Assembly: GCA_002104945.1 (NCBI GenBank)
Contig: MCFH01000062.1
Coordinates: forward strand, 186,001 to 250,000
Direction of reading: 5' to 3'
Source of the DNA: Piromyces finnis finn
Lineage: Eukaryota > Fungi > Neocallimastigomycota
Length of the DNA stretch: 64,000 bases
Both the position numbers and the translations under genes were made by a program. Position 1 is the first letter of the stretch. Each line of letters begins with the position of its first letter. Positions 34,587-46,600 of this stretch are shown here, piece after piece. The notes below the pieces were generated by a model that saw only the letters and a list, made by a program, of their open reading frames with translations, searched no databases and was not told the DNA's origin.

Positions 34587-35393
34587 TTTTTTTTTCTTTT
34601 TTACTTATTTAAAAATATCAATACTACTTTTTTTTTTATTACTACTATTTTTTTTTTGATGATATTTAAATATTTTAATTTAATATTATTAATAATAATA
34701 TTTTTATTATAATTTATGTTTTAATTATATTTTTATTAAATCAGTTTATAAAATACTTTATAAAAATAAAACAGTAATATTACTAATATTACTGTTTTAT
34801 TCAAATTAGTAAAACAATTTATTATATTATATTATATTATTATTAATATATTATATTATTTTCTATTATTTAAATTTATTTTATGAATAATACATTGATA
34901 TTAATTACTTTGAATTACATTAATTAAATCCATCTACATTCATATCCACATTCATGTAAAAAAATATCACTAGATGATAATATTGTTCATATTATACAAA
35001 AAATAAAATTTTGCTTTGGCACATTAATAAAAATGTAAATATTATTTTTTTTTATAAATAAATATACAATACAATATAAATTATTATATATTATATAATG
35101 AGTAAATTATTTAATTAAATTTAAATTAATGATTTACATTAAATAAAATGTATTATAATATATTATAATATAAATCATTTAATTAAAATATTTAAATAAA
35201 ATAAAATATTATTAATTTCCAAAAATGTAACAAAATTCAAAAAAATAAAGTCTTTATTTTTTTTTATATCTAGTTTTAAAATGATTTTTATTAATAGAAA
35301 TAATATATAGGTATAAGTTTTGTTTATTGTTTTATATATTTACTCTTTTCGAAATAAAAATAATATTGCATGTTATAATAATATTTTCGGAAT

Positions 35394-36590
35394 ATGAACA
35401 ATATCGAGTATTATAAGAATAAAGAAGATTCAGAGGTAATAAAGTTGCTTAAACATTACAAAATATATAATGAAGGAAATTTTAATTCTGAAAATATAAA
35501 AGAATTAATTTGCAAATTAGTAATGTATGGAGAAGCAAGAAATTTAAAAAATGTATTGAGCGAATTATTTGAAAATTATAGATATGATAGAGATTATGAA
35601 TTTGATAAACAATTTAGGTTTGACAATGATTTTATAATAACTTTACTTATTTATTACAAAAATAAAACACAGTTTTCGAATAAAGAACTAAAGCTATTAT
35701 TAATTAAAGAAAAAGAAAAAAAGTCTAATTCTATTGTTAATTTTTATATAGCTGATAGATATATTTTTAATTTTGATTACTATTTTGTTACACCTTTATA
35801 TATTGCTTGTGTCAGTAATAATGAAGAAATAGTAAAAATGTTATTTGATTATGGGGCGAATGTAAATTTCCGAAATAATGTAGGTGAAACAGCTTTATTA
35901 TATTTATGTAAATGTAATCTTTCTCTTGATATTATAAAATTACTAATTGATAAATACAAAGCTAAGATATATGATGTAGATAATTATGGAAATACATTAT
36001 TACACAAATTTTGTAAAAGACGTAGTGATAATGATGTAAAATTATTTAATTTTTTAATAGAAAAAGGCTTAGATATAAATAAAGTTAATAATGAAGGAAA
36101 TACTCCATTAATAGAATTGTGTAGGTATACAACAAAATATTTTTATATACCGTTATTACTGGAAAATGGTGCAGAAATTAATATACGAAATAATAAAGGT
36201 GAAACAGCATTACTTGTAACTTGTAAATACGGAGATGATAGATTGGTAAAAAAATTGGTAGAGTGTGGTGCTGATGTTAATATAGCTGATAATGATGGTA
36301 ATACACCATTATTAATAAGTTGTCGTGATGATAGTAAGCTTTCTATTTCAAGGTTAAAGCGATATTTTATTGAGAATGGAGCAGATATAAATAAAGCGAA
36401 TAAAAATGGAAGAATACCTTTTCATGAATTATGTGAACATGGAAATAATTGTATAATAAATTATTTCATTGATCATGGAGCAGATATAAATAAAATGGAT
36501 AATGATGGTAATACTCCATTAAGTATTGCACGTAAGAATCTTAGTGAAAAAGCTAGTATTAAAAGTTTAATTATCCATGGAGCAAAATAA
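35394..36590 (+). CDS. Ankyrin-repeat protein, second copy with a divergent C-terminus
   Basis: Nearly identical to 19315-20505 up to ..LLISC, then many substitutions. Confidence 0.92.
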   Translation: MNNIEYYKNKEDSEVIKLLKHYKIYNEGNFNSENIKELICKLVMYGEARNLKNVLSELFENYRYDRDYEFDKQFRFDNDFIITLLIYYKNKTQFSNKELKLLLIKEKEKKSNSIVNFYIADRYIFNFDYYFVTPLYIACVSNNEEIVKMLFDYGANVNFRNNVGETALLYLCKCNLSLDIIKLLIDKYKAKIYDVDNYGNTLLHKFCKRRSDNDVKLFNFLIEKGLDINKVNNEGNTPLIELCRYTTKYFYIPLLLENGAEINIRNNKGETALLVTCKYGDDRLVKKLVECGADVNIADNDGNTPLLISCRDDSKLSISRLKRYFIENGADINKANKNGRIPFHELCEHGNNCIINYFIDHGADINKMDNDGNTPLSIARKNLSEKASIKSLIIHGAK

Positions 36591-36749
36591 TATGAAAGTA
36601 AATATAATTTTTATTTGTTTGATGTTATAATTAAGGTATTTTTATTCGAATAGAGCTTATTTAAATAATTATATATCATTAAAATTTACAATAGATATAT
36701 AAATAATATATATTTTTAAAATAAAGTAAAATAAACTAATAAATATAAA

Positions 36750-39635
36750 ATGATTATAATATTTTATTTTTATTTATATAAAATCTTTAATAAATTAAAG
36801 ATGAGAATAATTAAATGGTTTATTCTGATTTTAATAAGTATTACAAAAATATATTGTAGTCCTTACAATCATTTAGATATTCAATTAGCATTATTAATTT
36901 TATCTGCTGGAGATCATGATGGAAATATAGTTAAGGATGCAAATCTTGAATTTATGAAAATTAATATTAGTAAAGATCCAAGTAATAAAGTAGAGAAAGA
37001 TATAATCGATATTATTCCAAGTTTAAGAGAAATAAGAAAACATGAAAATGATATAGAAAGACAAAATCAAAGAATTGAAATCAAATTTAAAGAGTTGTAT
37101 AAAAAAGCTGAAAAATTAGCTATTCATAGATTAGGATTAACTATTGAGAGCACATTATTTGATGCCTTTAGAACTGAAACTAATAATAACAATGTTAATA
37201 ATAATAACAATGCTGATAATAATAATGAACTGGTTAAAACGCATTTTGAAAATTTGGATGTATTTAGAAAATTGAATACTGATGGTATTGGATTAATTAA
37301 CGGTGAAAATGACATGACTACGTTATCTTTTTATAGAAAAGATAGTAATATAAACTCTAATAAAATTAAATTTAGAGATGCTATTAAAAACAATGTTCCT
37401 TTTGCACCACAATATGATAATAATCATTCCAACAGTTATATTGTTAATTATTTTAAAGATGTAGCATCACAATGTCATCAATTACAAACTTGCAAAATTT
37501 TATTTGATAATTCTAATCCAACATACAGTTTAATCAAAGATGATTCTAATGATAATTTATATTTTATTGTTAGTCTTAATAATAATATACATGCGTTTCA
37601 ATTAAAAAATAATAACGGTCAATATATTATGAATAGTTATGACAATGAATCATTAAACGATTTAAATGACATAATTCAAGGATATGGTAAATCTTCCAAA
37701 AACATATATAATGATGCTTATATTAAAGGGGATGATATTAGTATAATTCCAGATTGTGGTATAATTCTTACTACTAGAAATATACTTCCAACACAGCAAC
37801 CACCGTCTTACAATCCTGAGGATTATATAGTTTCAGACGAAAATGGTAATAGAATTGATAATCAATTAAATGAAAAATTATTTGATAGTAATATTTATAA
37901 AAGCGATGATAATTTATTATGTTATTATTCCAATACAGATTATATTGGTATTGAAGAAGAGGCATCTAAGTTTATAGAAGCTCGAAGTAATGAACATTCA
38001 AATCTTCATAATAAAATCAGCGAATTTAATAGTATGAATATTAATATTCCAGAGATTATAAAAGAAATAGAAAACAAAGAGTTAAATATGAATAATGTTA
38101 ATCAAGACATTATAAATATATTAGATACATTTTATAAAAGTTTTTCTAAAAACCAAAAGCAAAAGCAAAATGAAAAGGATGAGTTAAAAAAATTGCTGAC
38201 TAATGAAATTTATTTTTTAAGTAACCGTGATTTCAAAGTATCTTTTGAAACAAATTACCCTACGTTTGATAGTTTAGATGATAATCTAAAATATGAATTG
38301 ATGGAGTTAAGTACAAGTATCAGTAGTGGTTATGAATCGCATAAAGAAAGGTATGAAAGAAATCATGAAAGTGATTTAAATAAAATATATAATAACGCGA
38401 AAGAAGCACATATAAAAGCGAAATTTGAAGAACAAAAAAAATCAATTTTTGAAAATTTTTTTAACGAAAATAAAGACAAATTAAACAAAATGAAGAATAC
38501 TTATATTAATATAGAAGAAAATCTAAGCAAATATGAAAATTACAAAAATTCAAATAGTGAAAAAAATATAGATGATTTTGTGCAAGAGAACATTTTTGAC
38601 TTTATAGATTTCTTAGATAAAAAATCGAGTAAAAAAAATGTTATAAGCACATTTTATAATGAATTTAAAAATGGTTATGAAGATGAGAATTACGATGAAT
38701 TGGAAAAAATAGGTAATACAGCTAAAAATAGTGAAATGATGAGAAACTATATTATAAATACAAACGGAAATTTTGACAGATTTTATGAAGAGCAAAAAAG
38801 TTTGTTAATAGAAAGTGAATATGAAAAAGCAAGGAGTAGTAAATCAGTTAAAGAAAAAATGACAAGTATATTAAATACTAAATTATCTGATATAAACAAT
38901 AGATTAAAATTTTTGACAGCTAGAAAAAATACTAAAAACGCTGAAAAGGACGAATTTACAATTATTGGGCATTTAGCAACCCAAAACTTTATAGAAAAAA
39001 CCTATCCTGTTAATATAAATATTGGAGCAGAAGATAAATATAAGTTTGTTAATATTATAAATGATGGACCCCATTTTATTGAACATTCAGCAGCCAGTAG
39101 TTTATCCAAAGTAGCTTATAGTAAGAGTAGTTACAATGCAGTATTCAACCAATGCAAAAATAAATTAGCGAAAAGAAGTGGAGGTGAATCTTGTAAATTT
39201 TGTAATCAATTGAAAGTAGAAACTGATATTCAAATTTCATCCACAACCCTAGAAATCCTAAGAACATTTAAAGATATGAAATTAGATCCCAACATATTAC
39301 CAGTTGATACTGATAAATACGATATGAAAGATATAAATTCCTTATATAAAGGTGCTAACTCAATGGATGAATTATGGAGTAATATTGTTAAGACGTATAC
39401 TGAAAACCAAGATTTATTTGATAAAGAACAAAGTGAAGAGTTTGTCAGTAAGTTTAATAATATAGTTAATGATTACGTTTTAGTATTAAGAGATTCTAAT
39501 TATGCAAATAAATATAGTGATATTAAAATAACTAGAAATGAATTAGAAAATATGATTTCATTATATATGAATTTCTCAATTAATTATACATTTAATTCTT
39601 CACATTTTAATCTTTATATATATATTCTGAATTAA
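36750..39635 (+). pseudogene. 3'-truncated copy of the 1877-aa secreted protein
   Basis: Matches the left copy up to ENMISLY (39566), then reads into unrelated AT-rich sequence and stops. Confidence 0.85.
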
Positions 39636-41674
39636 ATAAAATTCGATTTCAGTAAATTATTTAAAAATCATTCATATATGTTAATAAACTATGTTTTTTA
39701 AATATTGTAAAAAAAAAAAAAAAAAAAAAAGTTTATACAGATTATTATAATGTACTTTCTAATTCTATAAGAACGCCACAATGAATATCCGTACATTTAT
39801 TATTGGATAAGTCTTGCTAATCCTATTGCTAATATTATTTCTCTCTATTAATCTTATTACCATTACCAGCTAAATTGTAAAAAAGTAGCCTAATGCTAAT
39901 AATATCATCCATTCACCAATCGATTATACCATCATCATAAATATCTACATGAACTTTTTTTATTATCATAAAAAATACATCACGAACAATTATTTATATA
40001 ATGTTCAAAATTTCTATCATTAAAATCAGTATGATATTTTGTGATAATTTTTTAGCACTTAAATTTTTCTGGTATTTTGTATTATACTTGTTTTGTTAAT
40101 CAATTGTTTGTTTTTTAACTATTTGCAAAGTTTATTACAATGTCTTTATATTGATTATAAATAATTTAATTGAATCCAATTGTTTAGGTATATCTTCACC
40201 AAATAAATAACACAACCATTATCCCTACTTCAATATTTTATTTATTTGACTATTTGACATATATTGTGAATTTCAGTGACATTAATATGAAATATTATAT
40301 TTTACGTAAATTATGTTAAAAGTTTTTTTTTTTAATAAATATCTCTCTATTTTGAAAATTCAATATATAGTATTTATTTTCCCCAGACAATAATATTATT
40401 TTTATTTTCATAAAATCTTTTCTTTTTCCTTTTATAAATTTCTGTTGGTGTACTTTTTCAATTTATTATTTTATTATTCATTTATTTAAAAAGTAGGTTT
40501 ATGTTAATAATTAAATATTAATAAATAATTTAATTCGATTGAAATAATTAAATAAATGAATAATAAAATAAATAAATAAATATTAATAATTAATTATATT
40601 AATAATATCATTCGTACATTTACATTTTTAAATATAAATAAATTATATTTGTATACATTATACAGAATATAAATATAAATGTAATAAAAAATTGTAATAT
40701 AATAATGAAATATACTCAATTAATAAATATAAAATATTAGAAAAATAAAATAATAAAAGTTGACTTTTACAAAAACAAATAAAAAAGCCATTAAAATAAT
40801 ATATAATAATAAAATAATAATAATATCTATTTAAAAAGAAATAGGAATAGAAAATTATTTTGGATTATTAATAAATATTACTAGGACACACCACTGATTA
40901 TTACTACTATAAATTATTATAACCACAGATTGCTATTATCATAATTCCTTAGGTTATTATTACAAAATTAATTATTAATGCCATAAGTTATTAATATTAA
41001 AAAATATATTATATACACTAAATAATGACACATAAAAACATTAAAACATTGTAACTATCCAAAGTTTTGAAAAATACAAAGAAAACTACATTTTAAAATC
41101 AAATACATTCAGCAACCAATGGAATAGATATTTGATACAATATACATCCATTGTATACGTTGTATATTTGGCCAATAAAACAAAGGACTTTGTATTGTAA
41201 TGTGCATGAATATTAAAAATATATCAATTATACAAATTAGAAAAATCATTTTTAAATAGGTAAAAGTTAAGCAAGTAAAAAGTATATAACAGGAAAGCAA
41301 TAATAAAAGTAATAAAAGTACCACCACCACCACTACTACTACTAATAATAATAAACTATAGATATGGAGTAATAATAATAACAACATATATTTTAAAAAA
41401 TGACAGGATAACAATATTTGAAAAAGAATCTATCCTTTACTAATTATTTATAAAAAATAGAAATATTGTTTATTATTGGGTTTTCTTTTATATAAAGGTA
41501 AATTTATATTATTTATTTTAAAATATTTAATAATATAGAATATTATAAGTCAAATAAATTCATTACTTAAAATACATTACTTATAATTTGTTTTTTAAAG
41601 TTTATTTAAAATAAAGGATATTATAGAATTAAAAAAAAAAAAAAAGAATAATAAAAGATTAATAGAATAGATAA

Positions 41675-41693
41675 AATAATAATAATAATAATA

Positions 41694-41731
<38 letters not shown>

Positions 41732-41747
41732 CAACAACAACAACAAC

Positions 41748-41780
<33 letters not shown>
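41675..41780. repeat. (AAT)n/(AAC)n compound microsatellite
   Basis: Direct inspection. Confidence 0.9.
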
Positions 41781-41781
<1 letters not shown>

Positions 41782-42010
41782 TAATTGATAATATATAAAA
41801 ATAAATATTGAAAATATTTAATGTCATAATAAATTAGAACTAACAATTCCTTTTTTTTTTTTCTTTTGTAAAATACTCTTGTAAAATATAATCTAAATCT
41901 TTTAACTTTTCTTACTAAACAACAAACAACAGTGTATCCCATTTATCTCATGGAAAAGTTTTGAATATGGTATCATTGTCTTCGGTAGGTCCTATTTTAA
42001 TTGAATCTAT

Positions 42011-43050
42011 TTATAAATCAACATTATTATTAAGAGCGTAAAAATCATCTTCAATCGTTAAAGACGTTGGATCTCTAAAATTAAGTAAAACATACGCACC
42101 TCTTATTTCAGTAATAGAGGGGATTAAATAGAAATCCGATATCTTTGAATAATCTGGAAATGTTTTATCCATACTCAAATAAAAATTTACCAGTTTTGTC
42201 ACAAAGTATTTGATAGTTTCATTTCTATCTGGAAGAGGAATTTCTACTTTCTTTAAAAGTTTAACCGGATTAAACACTCAACTTTACTTTTACACGAGGT
42301 GGCAGACTTTAACCCTTTAATTTTTACTTCTTCATACTGATAATAGGAATAGACAAAGGTAAACTTATCATAATATTCATTATATATTTCTGTATCATTT
42401 TGTTTGTTAAATTCATGAACAAAATCAACAGCTTCGAAAAAATTAAAAGTGTCTTCATCATCATGGATGGTATAGGTGTGAGAACCGAACTTTAGAGTAA
42501 TATCAAAAGATATCAATACTCTATTCTTTGTTAAATCAACCATAGTATTTGCTTCAAGTAAAATATAAATATATAGGTGGTATCCTTTTTAACCGCCATC
42601 TGGATATTGCTTGTTTCAGTAAATTTATCATTGGAGGTCCAATCATCTGATTTGCCATTGAGTACCATAATTTTATGATCATCAGTATAGGGAAAAAAAA
42701 CTAAGTGTACCAAAGTTTTATTTGTTTGTTTGAACATCATCCCAATATGCTCTTCTGGTTTCATTTGTATTATCCATAGTATTTCAAGTACACTTGAACC
42801 ATTCATCATGCCATGAAAAAATTAACCATTGTAATGGTTAGCTTAATATTCTTTGCCATTTCATTCAATTGTCATATGTCCCTAAGCATTTTCATCCTTT
42901 TTTCCTTAATGATAACTGGTAATAGGGTTTTGATGGGTTATTCCATGAGAAGATGATATTCCAAATTCTGCTACAAGAAGAGGAATATCATTGGAATGAA
43001 TCGATTTCAAATCTTGTAAATACGCTTCATACGGATCTATTTCACCATCA
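42011..43050 (-). pseudogene. Decayed bacterial-type glycoside-hydrolase-like (TIM-barrel) gene fragment
   Basis: Manual translation gives [28 protein letters not shown], then FSWHDEWFKCT*NTMD..RRAYWDDVQTNK*NFG, then ..LLNFRDP..IEDDFY. Stops and frameshifts present. Family recognised from memory only. Confidence 0.6.
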
Positions 43051-43620
43051 ATAATAATAATAATAAAAAATTATTTAAATATAAAATTAATTTGTTTTAC
43101 TAATAAACAAAAATATTAAAAGTATAAAATGATGTCAAACAGCGTCAATATAAAAGTATATTTATAAATGAAAGAAAAGCATCTAAAAATAAAATATTAT
43201 ATTTTAAATTATTATAAATAAAAAAAAATATTTTAATATTGACATTTAAAAAAAGTGGACTTAATACTGATTTTAAAGTTTTATATATATATACATAATC
43301 TTATTTTAATATGGTAAGAGAACTAGTATAATTTATTATACCCACCCAGTACATCCTAGACCAATGGCATAATCCTTTTTTTTACAGTATCAAATATTTT
43401 TAAACTTTATTATTAATTTAATTAAAATTATAATACATGTAATAAAAAATTAAAAATAAATAAAAATAAAAAAAATATGTTTAAATAAACACAAATGAAT
43501 AAAAATTGGGTATAATGTATTCTAGTAATTTTAATTAAAGTAAGAAAGCCACTATCATACTAAAGTATAATAATTGTATTTGACTTCCAATGGGACACCG
43601 AGCCAAAGATCAAAATTTTG

Positions 43621-46600
43621 TCATGGAACAAAATTATGATCTCCATTGGTTGCGCTGGCCCTCCTGGCCTGTCTTACTGTTTCTTCAGCATTGACGCTCT
43701 TGGATGTTGCTTCAAACCTTTTGAACATTGACCATTGCTGGCCAATAGCAAAAGGCATGATTTTGGTTAGAAGTTCCGCGGTTACCGTCAAGAATGGTGT
43801 TCCTTCATTAGTACCAGATTGAATCTGACGCTTACAAAGTTCTTTCCATTCCCTTGAATTGTAATTAATATTGTTAAAACTTCTTCCCCCAAGAAGGAAT
43901 TTAAATATTTTACTGCACACACTAGAATAATCATACACATTAATATTCACCGGATTATTAGAACTATTACTATCATTAACTAAATTACTATCTAAATTAG
44001 AATTATTATCTTCACTATTGCTATCATTACTAATATTATTATTTCTATTATTGTTATTATTACTATTGTTACTATTACTATTGTTACTATTACTATTGTT
44101 ATTACTACTATTGTTACTATTACTATTAATGTTATTACTATCTCTACTGATATTAACATTTTCATTATTATTGATAGGACTATTGGAATTACGTTGACTG
44201 AAAAAATTTAATAGCTGGACTATGGAATCATAATGTTTAATACGGATATCTCTAAATGTTGGACAATCTAATAACCAATGTTTAATACTTTGATCTCCAC
44301 ACTTGCAACATGGACAGTAGTTAGGACAAACTGGATCAACAAATTTGGCAGCTTTGGCAACTCTAGCATCCAACTTGTATCCGCTTCTTGCTTTCAATAG
44401 CCAGTAGAAGCCATAGGCAAACTCTGGGTACTCATAACATAATTTAATAAAATCTTTAGTTTCAATAAATTTATTATCATCATAATATTGCGCTTTGATT
44501 GAATTCCCTTTGAGATCTTTCCAATAAAAGTTTTTAACTGCTTTAACATCTCCATGTTTCTTTAATTTTTTATCAAGTGTCCTACTTGATTTGCACCACA
44601 TGTATTTTCTAAATTTAGGAATGTAATTGACGATGTGTGAGATAATACAATTCGAGTTTTTCCATTTGTTAAAACATCTAACCTGAGCTAACGCACATTT
44701 GGCTGACAATGGAGGAATATTCAAATCTTTTGAAATAGAGTATAAAGATATAAACGATACAGCTTTATGAACTCCGGCAACCCATCGTATTCCTTTGTTA
44801 ACATGCTTCTGAGCAATCCTAGACCTAGCTTTGTTGGATCCAAGTAATGGTGCAAAGTATGAAACTCTGCTAATCACTTGTGAGTTAAGTACTAGTTTTT
44901 TGAAAGGAATAGGAATATTAGGATTTCTTAAGAATTTACTGACTGAGAAAAGCCCTTTCAAAACCTTGTTATTAAGAGCTTTAATTACTGGTTTAAGGGA
45001 CAGATTCTTATCAAATGGAACACCAAGATAAGTATAACAATCAGTAGTTGGAATGGGTTGTCCTGCTAAGTAAAATGTTGGATCTCTCTTGTTCTGATTT
45101 TCTATTGATTCAGGACGAATCACCATCGTTGAACATTTCTGGATACCAAATTCCATTTCATTATACAATGCCCATTCATTAACTCTTCTAAGCATCTTTT
45201 TTAAGCATCCTCTTGTTGGAGCACAAATAACTATATCATCTGCAAAAAGTCCACCACAGCATCGAGTGTCACCTAAACTGACTCCTAGATCTTCGCACTC
45301 TCTAAATATATCATTAATAAAGAGATTAAAGAGAATAGGAGAAAGAGGGCAACCTTGACGGACTCCTTTCTTCACATCAAAAGATTTCGAGAATTGTCCA
45401 TCTAATTTGACATTAGCCTTAGATGTTAAATATAAATTTTTGATAAATTGTAGACTCTTACCTCGGATTCCTAAACAATCTAATTTATGGAGAATATTAC
45501 CGATTGGGACTGAATCGTATGCTTTCCTGAGATCTAAAAAGGCCAAATATGTCTCTTTATTATCTAATTGACGTCTACGGCATATTTCTTGGATTGAAAT
45601 GAAAAGACTAATACTTTCTTCCTTTTTTCGAAAACCAAATTGTTCAGGTCTAATGAAATTATTCTTTAAACCATATTCTGAGATTCTAGTGGTGACAATT
45701 TTGGAAATCAACTTAATACCATTATTGATAAGTGATATACCTCGATAGTTATCACAATCTGTCAAATCTCCCTTCTTAGGAATGGAAACAATACTGGATT
45801 CATTCCATGAGTTGGGGAAATCTCCATCCCAAATACGGTTGAATAATTTAAGAATAAAATTTAAACCATGAGCATCATTATCTGAAGTAGTATTACCAGA
45901 AGAATTATTATCTGTAGCATTATTAGAATCATTACTTGATGGAACTAATGCTTTGTAAAATTCAATTGGAATACCATCCGGACCTGATGCTTTATAATTT
46001 GGAGTAGAGAGGATAGCTGACTTGACTTCATCAATACTAATATCTTGGTTGATATCCCACTCATCAAGCATAGGAAGTGAAAAACGTTTATTCGTTGGTT
46101 CTTCATACCAATGCTCCAAATCAAGACTTACACCACTTGGGTCTGATGCAAGATTTTCGAAATGATCATGCCACACATCTAGTTGTTCTTCCGTAGCAAC
46201 AACTAATTCTCCATTTTTATCTTTAATTGGTTGAGCAATAAAGAAAGAATCTTTTCCAATTTTTGCAGTTTTCTTGATCCATTTCCAGGCCTTCTTAGGA
46301 TTATGACTCTTCATATACTCACATCCTGTTTTAATCCAATGAAGATATTCTTGCTTCCTAAATTCATTACATCTTTTGTGGATGTAATCAATGAGCTTAC
46401 GGTAGATTTTAATTCTTTTAATAAATTCATCTATATCATAAATTCTTTCTTTTTTAAATCTCTTATACAACTTCATTTTGATATTTTGAAGATTAAAAAT
46501 TTGTTGTGAAATATGAAATGAAGACTTTATAACATTATTTGCTGAAGTAATACTGAGCTCGTCTGCAATTGAAAAAGCAGTTGAAGTAAACTCTTTGGAA

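Larger units (their letters stand above)
28140..39566. repeat. Right arm of the giant inverted repeat
   Basis: Reverse complement of 16301-27890, with scattered SNPs/indels and one divergent island. Confidence 0.95.

Noticed and set aside
27751-36760. Poxvirus-like TAAAT or killer-plasmid ATNTGA promoter motifs before the palindrome genes
   Set aside because: AAAATG contexts are expected by chance and as the host start context in such AT-rich DNA. No consistent motif at a fixed distance.
16301-39566. Pure fold-back read artefact
   Set aside because: Not accepted as the sole explanation. The arms differ by an in-frame 117-bp repeat change, missense SNPs and a 750-bp divergent island, which one molecule read twice cannot give. 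Mis-joining of two real copies remains possible.
39700-41420. Possible degraded or intron-split gene on the minus strand
   Set aside because: Some patches look less AT-rich, but I could not assemble a consistent frame or motif.
41595-41942. Poly-Ile/poly-Leu ORFs
   Set aside because: They are translations of the AAT/AAC microsatellite.
42011-43050. RIP-like mutation signature
   Set aside because: Only a few C>T-type stops in mixed contexts. Young repeats in the window (LTR pairs, palindrome arms) show no such hypermutation.
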